A stretch of 64,000 bases of DNA from Podarcis melisellensis (lineage: Eukaryota). A program made the position numbers and the translations under genes. The notes under the pieces are model-generated. The model did not search any database and had not been told where the DNA came from. It worked only from the letters and a program-made list of their open reading frames with translations. The DNA is taken from the NCBI GenBank assembly GCA_964234715.1, contig OZ174275.1. One strand, given 5' to 3'. Shown here one piece after another: positions 13,861-26,654 of this stretch (positions are counted from its first letter, which is position 1; the number at the start of each line of letters is the position of its first letter).

Positions 13861-13934
13861 GTTGTTGTTAAGTCCTTTAGTCAATTAGTCATGTCCGACT
13901 CTTCGTGACCCCATGGACCAGAGCTCACCAGGCA
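13861..13934 (-). mobile_element. BovB/RTE LINE 3' tail fragment
   Basis: tagtcatgtccgactcttcgtgaccccatggac next to a (caa)n-type tail, typical of the BovB 3' end. Confidence 0.75.
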
Positions 13935-14127
13935 AAATAAGCATTGACCCTCTTGCTTGAGCGTTTTTGAGCTATTTGCTCCTCTGACATCTTTCTACAA
14001 GATGCCCACTTTCAGACTCTGTCCTGTGTACCATGGATGGAAGGTTTGCCCTACCTTGATTAGGGTAGCACACTAGATGCCCTTTCATTCCTTCCAGTTC
14101 TGATTATGTGTTGCCTCTCTCTAATAG

Positions 14128-14205
14128 AAAGCTGTGGAGCTGATGTGCCTTGTTCCTAAACGCTGCAATGACATGATGAACCTGGGTCGTCTTCAGGGCT
14201 TTGAG
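14128..14205 (+). CDS. KALRN: KALRN exon, DH2 end (KAVELMCLVPKRCNDMMNLGRLQGFE)
   Basis: atag/gtagaa; Trio/kalirin helix-6 motif VPKRCNDMM. Confidence 0.97.
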
Positions 14206-15117
14206 GTAGAAGTCAATATTTTTGAATGTGGATGTAATAGTACAATTGTTGGCACTGATAGCTGTGTCTCATTGGAATAGCCCAACTGCATTTTAGAAAG
14301 GGGGGAAGGTTGTGTGAACTTTCTTCCATAAAATGGTGGGTATGATATGCTTAAACTTTCTGCTTTGAATCTTACCCAGGAAGGAAGTTTCATTTGTACA
14401 CTTGTGGGCAGGAATGTGCTCACACACATGTGCATACACACACACAGCTGAACAGACTGTTTAATCATTTCCTTTGGCACCTGTAATCACATAGCAAGCA
14501 GTTTCTTATGCCTGGTGCCTTTTACCTTTGCTGTTGTTGTTGAAGGCATCACTGTGACTCTCAATCCAGTGAAACCTTGAAGCTTCTATGTAGTATTGTG
14601 TTGAAGTTGTTGTAGCTTATAGATAATTTCCCTGTTACTCCTGATTCTCCACTGTGGGATTGCTTAATTTATAAGTCATTTTGAGTAAAACTTCAGGCAT
14701 CTGCTTCAGAGTCACCAATGTGGAAATCTTACATATGGCAGAGCGTTGGACTGAATCCTTTATAACACATACAATATAGTATGGTGTGGGAGATATGCAC
14801 ATACACCTGTGTGTGTGCATGCCGAATTCCTGTGTTCCTTTGGGGGGTTTTTGATGCAAGAGGTTTGCAAGGGTCAGATATATGGGTGGGCGTGCATATA
14901 TTGTACATAATTCCATATTCATGTTAGGGTATTGGGTACATGAACTTGGTAGCGAGTTTTGAGCATAAATGGCTAAACATCATGTGATAATGAATCATTT
15001 CACACACATGAGCAAATTGTAAGGTCTACCCCAGACCATGTGATAACATGCTGGCCATGATTGGGTGCCTTTACTCTTTCTATGCCATCTGCGTTTAACA
15101 ACATTTATTTAACTTAG

Positions 15118-15303
15118 GGCAAGCTGGCAGCCCAAGGGAAGTTGCTACAGCAGGATACGTTCTATGTAACGGAGCAGGATTCTGGAGGTCTCTCTCGGCC
15201 AAAAGAACGCAGAGTTTTCCTCTTTGAGCAAATTGTCATCTTTAGTGAACTTCTGAGGAAAGGCTCTCTAACACCTGGGTACCTTTTTAAGCGAAGCATA
15301 AAG
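15118..15303 (+). CDS. KALRN: KALRN exon, PH2 (GKLAAQGKLLQQDTF...FKRSIK)
   Basis: PH motif ERRVFLFEQIVIFSE; ttag/gtaagt. Confidence 0.97.
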
Positions 15304-15668
15304 GTAAGTTGTGGTTGTGCTTCCTTGAGTCAATTGGAAACTTCACTGCAGTGCATTTTTCCTTTTCTTGGTTTGCTGCACACTAGATAAGCAAAGTTGG
15401 TGGTGTGAAAAGGTCCTTCTGCTTCAGTGCAGGAGGTTTAAAGAAGATGGCCATTAGGCCCTTTTCCAGTCCTACAGTTCTATCATGTCATTCTCTGACT
15501 TGCAGCCATGGTGTACGATAGATATATAATCTATTTTAATATTCTATTCTATTATTCTGTGACGTGTGTCTGTGTGTGCAGACTGAGTGAGTGATTAAAT
15601 AAAACTGGTAGAATAGCATAGGGTTAGGATAATAACATCACATCTAATTAGAGCTGAACTATCTAAAC

Positions 15669-16041
15669 CAGAATTGGAGAACCTTAGGCCTAGGGGCCAA
15701 ATGCCCCTTGGCCCCTCAGTACTCTCACTTGGCCATACCCCATCCCTGAGCTACACCCTCTCCCAGACAGCCTCAGCAGTCTCCTTCACTGCTTTTGCCT
15801 AGATGAAATGTGTTGTTGACCTACAAAAACACCTCTTGCTTGCCTTGATGGATGGGTGGGTGTTGTGTGTGTGTGTGTGCTTCTGAATTCTACAGGGCTC
15901 ATATATAGCCTACTGTACAAAGGTAGAAGTTGCATCCGTTGCCCCACCCACTTTCATCTGTACCCTACTGGCATCCGACCCATAGAAGGTTGCCCATGAA
16001 GGAAAGTTATCTTCAGGACTGAAAAAGATTCCCAACCCCTG
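15669..16041. mobile_element. Degenerate non-autonomous hAT element (related pieces near 38740-39060 and 61260-61580)
   Basis: Charlie-like ends (cag..tggagaacc / ttcccaacccctg), imperfect tctaaa TSD, internal segments shared with the other copies. Confidence 0.55.
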
Positions 16042-16530
16042 CTCTAAATGTTCAGCAAAAAACTTCAGTCAGCAAATGATAAATCTTCGTACACTTGAAT
16101 TATATACCTGGGCAAATAGCATTATACTTTTCCTCTTAGAGGCTGTTCTGTTGATGCTTGTGTTTATTTGGCAATACGACAGAAAGCATTTTCTGTTTTG
16201 GAGGGCATCTCATGTAGAGCAATTTTCTTCCTCCCACCCATAATTATTAGCATTGCTAACCATTGAAGAAAGCCAGTAACTCAGAGATAATTGAACAGTT
16301 CTTGAAGATGCTTAGCACAGAAGCGGAAGAACAAAGCTGAAAGCCAAGTATTCTCTATGGGACGTTACTTCCAGAGAGTTCCTCCTCTGGAGAAGTGAAC
16401 CTTCTGTGGTTGCTGCTTTTCATTTGGACAGTGGTGGCAGGGCCATCTTTCAGTTTAGCTGCTATATAGTTTACCTGAATTTGCTTGCTCCCCCTTGAAT
16501 GAGCATTGAGCATTCTCTGGTTGCTTGCAG

Positions 16531-16702
16531 ATGACATACCTAATCCTTGAGGATAATGTGGACAATGATCCCTGCAAATTCGCACTCATGAGTCGGGAAA
16601 CGTCAGAAAGGCTCATTTTGCAGGCAGCCAATCCTGAAATCCAGCAAGCTTGGGTGGAGGATATCAATCAAGTGCTGGACACACAGAGGGACTTTTTAAA
16701 TG
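16531..16702 (+). CDS. KALRN: KALRN exon, PH2 end (MTYLILEDNV...QQAWVEDINQVLDTQRDFLN)
   Basis: PH C-terminal helix W; gcag/gtaagc. Confidence 0.97.
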
Positions 16703-17899
16703 GTAAGCATTTTTATCTGTCCTTGATTATAGAAAACCCAAGTGCATTCTGACTGTTCTGGGCAGAACCTTATTCGTACCTAGATTGCTGTTGCAGGCCA
16801 CCTCCATAACTGTCATGCACACTGACCTTCCTTTTAAATGGAGCATGACTGGAGGCAGATAAATTTTGTCCTAGGGATTAAAATCTAGGGTGAAAATCTT
16901 TTTCTTTTAGGAAGTCTAGCAGTGGAGTTCAGAATGGGGTGTGTTGGATTGTACCATTGTCTCCCAGATCACCCCATCCAGATACTTACTGCCACTCTCG
17001 AAGAACTCTATAAATGGTTAGCAAGACAAGTCCTACTTTCTCAGAAGTCATGTTAATTCTTCTTCGGCACTTCTTTTTGTATACGCTATCATCTTTCACA
17101 ATGGTGTCCACCAGTTTACCTGGAACAGATGTTATGCTAATTGGCTTGTCATTTCCTGTATCCCTCTTTAAAAATTGGCCACTTCACAGTCCTTAGGTAT
17201 GCAAGCCAGCCTTGGGTACAAGCTACATTTTCTTCCCAATGAAGCTGAATCATGTGGGATTCAAGACATATTAGAGGAAGTCCTACTTCACACAGTATGT
17301 AGTTTCAACTATGGACTCCTCTTCTACTTAGAGAGGATATAGCAGCCCACAGGTTCCCCATCCATGTTATATTTGCATATAGTAAGGGATGGGCATGCAG
17401 AGCTCCAGACTTTGAAACTAGGTTTGTTCTATTTTCTTCTTGTTCTTAAGCCAGAATTTTGCAGAAGCTGCCTTCACCTCTCATCTCTACCAATTTCATC
17501 TTAAATAAAATAAAGATTAGTAAACTTTTAGGTCTAGCTGCTATTTAGTATCAATCACCAGAGCAACAAATTATGAAAGCAGGAGGGGCATCACTGAGCA
17601 GACACTGCTCACTGTTGCTGTTATCGAGAGGCTAGAAGTGGGGAGTATTACTGTGAGCTCCAAGCAGACCTGATCTGCACCTTTGGGTTTTTACGGTCTT
17701 GTTAAGTCAGCACTTGTGAAAGTGCTTCCCTCATTCTTCCTGAAGAGAAACTTTCAGTGTTTCCAAGCTATGTAAGTGAATGATTTGTATTTTCCCAGGC
17801 TACTTGTTTGAAACAAGCTAAACATGGCATCCCTTGCATTAGGCAAACATGGTGTCGCAAATGGGCAGGTCTGTACTAACTCCCAGTGTTCTACTCCAG

Positions 17900-18141
17900 C
17901 ACTACAGTCTCCTATAGAGTACCAGCGCAAAGAAAACAGCAGTTCTGCTGTAATGAGACCCCAGACCAGCAGGGTACCTCAGCCCATCACCAGACCCTAT
18001 TCCTCAGGTCCAGTAGGGTCGGATAAACCTTTGAAGGCTACAATGCGTAACCCATCTCTTCCACCTCTGAAAATATCTACCTCCAATGGCAGCACAGGGC
18101 ATGAGCAGCACCAGCCTGGGGACAAATATGAACTAATCAAG
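17900..18141 (+). CDS. KALRN: KALRN exon (ALQSPIEYQR...KYELIK)
   Basis: Completes FLNALQSPIEYQR, the G-alpha-q-binding PH extension of Trio/kalirin/p63RhoGEF; ccag/gtatgt. Confidence 0.96.
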
Positions 18142-19290
18142 GTATGTGTATTTTCACTTTGTGTGTGTGGTGTTTTTTTACTGCAATTGCCATCATTTCA
18201 AATTTGGCCTGTTACTGATCCTGGTTAGTGGATGTGGGTACTTGAACCAGTGAGTCAATATATAGATGGTAACTGCTGATCCAAGAAGGAAATGGTCTTC
18301 AGCTTTCAGACAGCAAAATCCAGTCTTAAGTCTGTTGTGGGTGTTAGGAAAGGGCTCAAGAATCTGCATGGTGCAATTTTTTTAAAAAAGCTGAAAGCAA
18401 ATTTGACAAAGGGAAACACACAAGTGCATCTCTAGCCTTGAAATCACTGCCACGCGTGCTGGTGGCTATTAGTTGCAGTTGCTTTAAAGAACAACAACAA
18501 TCTTAAGACAAATTCATGGGGAGTGGTCCCCACTGATGGCTGAATGGGAGGTCCGTGTTCAGAGTGAGTAGGTAACAGCAAGAAAGTGCAATTGCCTTCA
18601 TTCCTTCTTGCAGTCTTCTCAGCAACAACTGGCGTAAGTGAAACATAGGAATCTGTGGTATACCAAGTCAGACTGTTAGTCTGCCTAGCTCAGTATTGTC
18701 TACACTGACTAGCAGGGTTTCAGTCCTAACTCTCTCCCAGCCCTACCTGGAGATGAGTTGACCCAGGGAGCTTTTGCACACAAAGTTCTTCTTGCTTCTT
18801 ATTTTTCTTTACCTTAATTATATCAGCTACAGTACTTCCATTATGTGACCAGGGTTTCACTTTGCCTTCCAAAACCGATGTAACCTGATGCATTTATTTA
18901 ACTGATCTTCTTTCTTTGCCCTCCCATCTCCCAAATTAGGAAAATAATTGATTTTCAAAAAATGTCCTATGAAATTAGTTGACAACTGTTGTGTCCCAAG
19001 CATATGTGTAGGTTTTGTTCACAAGCAACTATTAAAAAGAGCTACTGCTTATAGTGACCATGAGTATGCATTTGTGAATTTACGCCAACTGATCTGTAGT
19101 CTGTCAATCGCACAGCATCACATGGAAGGAAACACAGTGCAGTTGCCTCGGCAACATTCTGCTGTGCACACTGAGATGTCTTGTAAACTCTTAGTACACT
19201 TAAATGTGTTGCCCAGGAGATGCTGATAAAAAAACTTAGCATTGCACCTGAGCTATCTTGTCACTGTTGCTTTCTGTGTCTCTTCTTCAG

Positions 19291-19538
19291 AATGACTTGG
19301 GTGGGTGCAATGGGACCTCTTCTATGGTGGTCATCAAAGATTACTATGCACTGAAGGAGAATGAAATCTGTGTCAACCAGGGTGAGGTGGTCCAAGTACT
19401 TGCCATTAACCAGCAGAACATGTTCCTTGTGTACCAGCCTGCCAATGACCATTCACCAGCAGCAGAAGGATGGATCCCAGGGAATATATTGGCTCCCCTC
19501 ACTAAATCAACTACAGATAATAGCGATGGAGGCATAAA
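19291..19538 (+). CDS. KALRN: KALRN exon, second SH3 (VIKDYYALKENEI...EGWIPGNIL)
   Basis: SH3 signatures; ttcag/gtaagt; read-through of the donor gives AAG TAA. Confidence 0.97.
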
Positions 19539-20275
19539 GTAAGTGCTGTGTTGGATTCCCTGGGAGCAGTATGTGGATTTTTGAGGAAAAATAAAACCCA
19601 AATCTTAGGATTTTCCTGCCTTTTTTAAATCTACAGTGCCATTGGAACAAACTTTGCTTGGTAACACAACATGGGGTATCCATGTTGGCATAGTTGGGCT
19701 TTTGTTGGAATTTTGTTCTCTCCCCGCTCTGCCCCCATAGTTTGTAAAGAATTGAAAACCATAGACAGTTTAAAGGGCATGGTTTCCCCCCATCCTTTCC
19801 TAAATATGGACCTGATTTGACTGGACTTGTATTTATCTTGTGTTTTAAATTGCTTATAATATATATAAATATAAATATAAATATATATATATATAGGTTA
19901 TAATGATATAGAGCAAAGAAAAACACCACCCACATACATCAGGCCTTGTATTGGATTGAGACCCACTTCTCAAGGACTAGAGATTTGATGTTGTCAATGG
20001 CAATTTCTTGTACAGATTGTAACTTTTTTATTTTGAAAGTTTCTTTTTTCTGTTCACATAATATTTTGTAAAAATAATTTGGTTTGAGAAATCCCCTTTG
20101 GAGTACATTCCTGTAAAAAGTATTTTGCACTATTTAAAGAAACCCATATTTGAAGTCAGGTTGTGCAATATTATGGATAGTCGCAATGTTCATCATTGTA
20201 CCTGTAATGTAACTAATAATTTTAAATGTACTATTTTAAATATGTAAAATAAATTTTCACCATGAGCATGTTTTG
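19539..20275 (+). other. KALRN: Putative intronic alternative 3' UTR of a kinase-less KALRN isoform (kalirin-9-like)
   Basis: In-frame TAA 19540-19542 on donor read-through; AATAAA 20248-20253 with five upstream TGTA; miRNA seed matches. Confidence 0.7.
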
Positions 20276-21048
20276 ATGAGGTTAAAAAGGACCAGTTTTT
20301 GACCCTCTTTAAGTTCTTATTTTTCTTACAATGTTTTGTTGCTTATTTAACAAATGTGTGAATACTATTTCACCTTTTTTTGAAATTTGTCAGTTTGAAA
20401 TGACTAAATAATGCAAGAAAATGTTTTTGATATTAAATACTGAAGGTACAATCCTTTTTGTAAAACCAGTTGATTTTTATTTTTTTTAATCTTCAGTTGT
20501 CAAAAATTGATTCAGCATTGGTTATCTTGCACAGATTCCTTGAAGTACAGTTGTTGAAGGGAGCTCTTCAATGGACTTTTAAGTACTGAAGATTAGGTGT
20601 GTTGACTCATTAGATTTAACGTATGCTGCAGCAAATTAATAAGGCTCAGTGCAGGGACAATGCTGCCAGTCTTTATATCTTAAGAGAGAGGGAATAGCCT
20701 ACATGAAGATTTCCACACAAATATTTTTTTCTTATTAGCCTTAGCCATGATTTATTGTTGCATCTGCATAGATGCTAACCATGTTTAGCTATGAGTCTGA
20801 TTTCTAACCAGGATTTGAAGCAAGACTGCAAATATTTGCTAAGCTGCTTCACATTAACCATGGTTAGCAGTGGTGCGTCCTGGGTGTAGTGCTCAACTAT
20901 GGCAAAAATCAACAAGAGAAGAGGTGAATTTGCACCAAAGAGGGGGGGGGGAGAATGTGAGCTCACAGCATACCTCCTGCTTTCTTGTCAATGCTTAATA
21001 TGGTTAGGTCTGCACTGGGCCCAATAATTTATAGTCTTTACAAAGTTA

Positions 21049-21186
21049 TCATAGAATTGTAGAGCTGGAAGGGACTAGGAGGGTCATCTAGTCCAATCTC
21101 CTGCAGAGCAGGAATCTTTTGCCCAATGTGGGGATTGAACCCACAACCCTGAGATTAAGGGTGTCGTGCTCTATCCACTCAGCTAT
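21049..21186 (-). mobile_element. tRNA(Lys)-derived SINE with CR1-type 3' tail
   Basis: Minus strand reads tagctgagtggatagagcacgacacccttaatctcagggttgtgggttcaatccccacattggg (tRNA-Lys-CTT-like), followed by ttggactagatgaccctcctagtcccttccagctctacaattctatga (CR1 3' end). Confidence 0.8.
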
Positions 21187-23587
21187 GTCCTGACCATCAT
21201 TCATCCAGTGAAGATCGCAAGGTGATGTCAAGGCCTGAGGAAATGGGGAGTAACCGAAGTTTGTTAATGGAACTCACATGCTGGTTTTGCCAGGCGTTTG
21301 TGTGATTGGCCTTGCTCAGGGTACCTCCCATATTAGGGACAGCCCAGGGGGCATATTCACAAAATTCAGTGAGATGTGGGAGCAGTTATTTTCATGGCAA
21401 GGGGAATTGTCATGTGGATTGGGACTTAGGTTTTTGACCATAACTTTTCATGCACAAAACTGCTATGCTACAGGAAGACCAATGATGAAGCAAACACTGC
21501 ACCAATGGAAATAAAGCACAATGACTTGCTGGGTGGGAAAAACATGAACAATATATGCATAAATACATAACAGTACAGAGAGAGAAGGCCTATGTATCTC
21601 TCTCATGGGTTTCACACTACTATAGAATATCCCTGCAAATGCTGAGAATTCTGTACACTTTGTTTCAAAGCCTTTTATGTTCTCAAAATTACTTCAAGCT
21701 AACTTGAATGTGTAGGGGGAAATGGGAATTTTTCTTCCCCTCCTCTCCAAAATTAAAAGTTTGGCCTTTTATTCAGAAAAAAAGCAATCTTACTTCACTA
21801 GTTTTATGTTCCTTAATATTGTTCCTATTCTTTCCCATGCTTCTATGGATATTATGCTCAAGTATTATCTTAGAGAAATCTGCCCCTGAGCTCTGCAAAC
21901 CAAAGCCCTGTTCATGCCTGCAATACACACATTCACTGAATGTTTGGGTGAAGGAGTGAAACCACAGGTCATTAGGAGCCCCTTTCACACCTTCTGCTAA
22001 ATATACTTGAATATGAAGCTGTATTTCCCCCACTTGTTCAGTGAGCATGCATGTGGAGGTTGTGAACAGGACTGGTACAGCGCAATATCACATGGTTTGA
22101 TGATATTGATATCCATTGCATGCTCCCAAACAATGTTGCCTATCGGACTTCTCTTGTAACACTAGTATATACACAGTTCATAAACTACGGCTGACCACAA
22201 TTTGATATAAATCAGTTTAGTCTTGTGATGGTGTGGCTTATTTGCTCTAAGCCTTGGGGGTTTTTTTGCTTTTTAATATTACACTGCAGCCAAATAATCT
22301 GGTGAACAATACTATATAAGCACAAAAGCATTTCAGTATTGGAACAAAGTGTTTTGTGAAATAATTCATAAAATGTTCAATCATCTCCCAGTTTGCATGC
22401 AACTTTTTGAGTAGCTCTACACACCATTTTTCACCACAGTAAAAAAAAAAGTGAATGTCATATGTGTGTACACACATCCAGAACCTCTTGCTCAATTGGG
22501 AATCCCAGATATATGTACATGAATGTTTAAAAGATGTATGTGTGGATGCCCACCCTTCACATATTTTCTGCAGGAAACACTGGTGTTACAGCAGTGTTTT
22601 CCTGTGGCAGTTATGAAGTGCAGACCTGCCCTTTCTTGTAAGGTATGTTGTTATGTCTTCATAGCTGGGATCAGAGTCTAGACTTGCAGCATACATACAT
22701 ACATACATACAAACATACAAACAAACCCAAGACAAATACAGCAGACAACTGAGCCATGGTTCTAGCTGTTTTGCTTCTGGTTTTGAAAAGTGAGTTCTCA
22801 CTCAGCTGTATACATGAAAATGTATTACAAATCCACGGAGGGGGGATTCTCTGTTATAAAGTGACATGCAGTGGCGATCCAGTTAATGACTAAATAGTTG
22901 TCAGTATTCTTATTTGCTTTGATACATACACTTTCCTATTTCTGCTTCCCCATCCTAGAGAAAACATTTTGTGGCAAAGGTAGGATGTGTATTGGGACAC
23001 AAAATGGGAATATAGAAACTTCATTTTCTGTTCCTTAGAGCAGAAAGACAAGCATTGCTACACTTAAGCAAAGAAGTTCCTGTTCTTTCAACATGCCTAT
23101 GTTTTATCAACTCAGCTGTACTATGATGTTTATCTCCTCTATCTAATAAAGTGGTTATCATCTAACTTCTGATGTTTGGGAGCTGGCACCGAACTATGGT
23201 ATACACAAATGCTTTCCGTTGCTCTGTAAGATATGCACAAAGACTTAATTTCTCTCTAATTTTGCAATATTTTCACTTTAACTGGAAGAATTTACTTTGC
23301 CAACCCTTGCAGGTTATGAATAAGAAGTATGCTGTTATCTGCGGACCTGCAGCCAACTTACAGAAAATATCTTCTTTCAATTAGCAAGAATAAACAAAAC
23401 ATTTGTTCTAGACTAGTTTGAAATCCTGACTTGAATGTTTGCACCCAACTAGGCATATTGCAAGTGGCTTCTCCCTTCTTAAGGGGGGCTGCAGGTATCG
23501 AGAACATGTGTGCTGATTGCTTTTCCACATCCCTTCCTCTTCCTACTAAGATACGCCATTTGATTGGTGCATTTTTTGGTACAACAG

Positions 23588-23711
23588 GAAGTCATGTTCA
23601 TGGCATACCCTGCGCATGAGAAAGCGGGCAGAAAAGGAAAGCAGTGGCAAAACTGAAGCCAATGGCCTACGTAAACCCAAGGATATTCTGAGCAACAAAG
23701 TCTCTGTTAAA
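23588..23711 (+). CDS. KALRN: KALRN exon (KSCSWHTLRMRKR...NKVSVK)
   Basis: acag/gtgagt, homology, phase 2-0. Confidence 0.95.
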
Positions 23712-26507
23712 GTGAGTAAGGCCATCAGAAGCTGTGCGCTGCCTCCTGCTTCTCATCCTCACTCCCCCTGCAACATCCTCTATATGGACAGGGGGTGACA
23801 TCTGGCTTTTTACTTTGTTTTGTTTTTCCCTTTTTGCTTTTTATTTTTAATTTGTTTTACTTTTCGGTAGTAGTAGACATTTTGGCCGGATTTTGCATGC
23901 AAGATACAACACAGCTTTTTTCCCTCCTCACCACTGGCATCCAAAATGTAAGTAAATAGTTTCTGTGTGTGTGTGTGTGTGTGTTTGTGTGTAGTATTTA
24001 ACTTCAGAAGTTTAATGCAACCATCAAAAGGGTACGTGCAGTTAAAGATGTCCAGTTAAAAAGACCAAGCAGAGGCAAGCAAAATTTTCCCTTGGAGGGA
24101 CCAAAAATCATGCCAGGCCAAACAAGGCAAGACTTGGCTATTAATAGATGAGGAACAATCTGCAACAAATGATCCATGAGCAGCAAAATGCCTTCAGGGG
24201 TTGGTAAGCAATGACAGTGCAGAACAGGCAGCCTCTGTCAAAATGACCTGCTAGAAGTTTTGGTGGGGCTGCTTCATCCTTCTAGGGCTGCTTAAACACT
24301 GCCTAACACTGCTGTTTTTAAACTAGTTTAGCTATTGTGGCATTTCCAATACTACAGAGATTGAATTGTATGTTATAGATGTATTATGACTAATTCCTGG
24401 AAATTAAATTTCTAGAAATTAGGGATGAGGAAGAAAAACTTTACCTTTCCCCCCACCCAGTTATGTAAGGGCAATGTTTACTTACTGCTCTGGTTCTTTC
24501 AGGTGGCTTCTGACATCTCCTGGAATTGTGCCTGCTATATAGGAACAACCCAAATAACTTCCAGCTCTTCTGGCTAATCATTTAACCCCCACCCCAAAAA
24601 AAGGGTTATAGGAAAATCCAGTTGTAATAAAGAGTCATTTAGTTGGGAACTGTGATGCCTAGGGGGGTGGGGGACACACCACTCTGAGTATTGCCATTTT
24701 CTAGCTGAAAAAGAGACAGACTGATTTGGCAAGGAGTATCCAAGGAATTTTTTGTCCACCATGGGATTGAATTCCACTCCCTGAAACCCAGTTTCAGTGC
24801 TTTTCCTCTTAATAAGCATGACTTACTGGAGACAGTGGAAGACACGCAACTCATGCAGTTGGCACAAAATTCCATAAACATGATCTGAAGAAATCTCAGT
24901 GCAATTTTTTAGTATAAAAGTGCCAGGAATGTTTGTGGAAGTGAAGCAGGAGTTTTGTAAGTGGCCCAACAGAGATGTATGTACATTTTGCTTGCAGCGA
25001 CACATTTTTTTTAACATTTCCATGAAGAAGTGGGGCATGGAATTAATTGTGAAATGCCAGCTTTACCTTCTCGCCCACCACTACACCATTGTTTCCTGGG
25101 GTTGACATAACAGCTTTATGCCAAGCAACCTTCTCATGGACAAAGGCTACAAAATGTTTGTGTAGCAAATTCATTGTGAGATATGCAATGTAGGTTCATG
25201 AAACTCTTGGGGATGAAATGCTCAAGGCAACTTTGATAAGCTTGCAAGCATTAATGAACATAACAGCATGTGACAAAAAGGCCCACCCCAAACCACCTTG
25301 ATCTGTGATAAGGCAGTCTGATCTGCGACTTCCAGCAGAATTACAAACAGGGTATAACTACTCACACTGCTAGCCTTAGTGATGGCCTGAGTTGTTGCAC
25401 AATGAGCATTGTCAATTCACCCTTTGCAGATCCCTAGACCAGTGTCTCCCAACCTTTTTCCAACAATGGCCCCCTAGGCACTAGCTGCGGTGTGATCAGT
25501 TGTTGTGGATCACCCTCCTAATATTGTGGGTGTCTACTGGGCTCTTCTATCACTAACTTCCAACAACTATTTTGATCAGGCTCTTAAGCCTCAGTCCATC
25601 AAAGCACTTGGTCTCTAATGAACTACTGAAGTCAGTAGGGCTTAGGCAATCAGAAAGTTGTTTGTGGGTTTTTCCCAAATATGGTGAGGAGTCAGCCACT
25701 TTTTTCATGTTCTTATGCGTTCCAGATCCCTGCTGATGCCATACAGCCAGCATTTGTTGGGGCTACTAATACACTGTCATTTTTATTTGTAAGGTTTTTC
25801 TTAGTTTTCATTCTGGTTGTGTGATTTGTCACATACAGTGTTTGGATAATATGGAAGAGTGCCTAATCCACCCCAGGTCCTTCTTGCTCCCTTTAGAACT
25901 TTATCAAATGGACCAAGTCTACATTCTGTGACTCATGCCATAGAAAATCTTCAGGCAAATAATTTGGTTTCCATTCAAATTAATGCTGTTTTTGAAATAC
26001 CAATGACCGTACAGAAGTGTTTTTGTTGAATTGGGGTTTAAATTGAATTAACTGTGGTGGTGGCAATGTAAAATCTGCATGCATTCTAACAACGTTTGCA
26101 TTTTTGTGTGTTAATATACTTGTGTTTGTCAGTGTCTATTCAGCAGTGCTAACTTCAGTGAGCCTGCTTGATGCTTTCATCTGCTTACCCCAGTTTAAAG
26201 TAAAGGAAGATAGGGCTCATATAACTTTAGCAGATGCGTAGGAGCTGCAGTTCTAGCAGGTGCAGCTTTTTCCCACTTCTGCCATGACCAGCTGCACCTG
26301 CTAAAATTCTTCTGTATAGCTGCTATATTTATTTAAAACTTTTCATACCATTCTTCACTCATAAAAAATTCAGGGCATTGCACCATCAAGATGGACATAA
26401 AATGCAACAATAAAACCAGAGTAGAGAGAGGCTACATTCTTAAAACATGCACAAGATTAAATGCCAGGCTGAACAATAATATTTCAACCTGGTGCCATCA
26501 ATGTAGG

Positions 26508-26654
26508 CAGTGGCGTAGCGTGGGGGGTGCAGGGGGGGCCGGCCGCACCGGGCGCAACATCTGGGGGTTAGGGTTAGGGGGTGCAAATCCACGGGTTAGG
26601 GTGTGCAAATTACTTGCCTTGCCCCGGGTGCTGACAACCCACGCTACGCCACTG
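26508..26654 (+). mobile_element. Young CpG-rich hAT MITE with internal TTAGGG repeats
   Basis: 17-bp perfect TIR cagtggcgtagcgtggg; perfect 8-bp TSD aatgtagg. Confidence 0.93.

Noticed and set aside
21100-21186. tRNA-Lys-like sequence on the minus strand as a tRNA gene
   Set aside because: Stems are mismatched, the 5' acceptor stem is missing and it is fused to a CR1-type tail: a SINE head
26133-26157. Alternative 25-nt exon (gtcag...ttca|gtgagc) next to the microexon candidate
   Set aside because: Frameshifting, with a weak tract; it overlaps the branch point that better fits the 6-nt candidate
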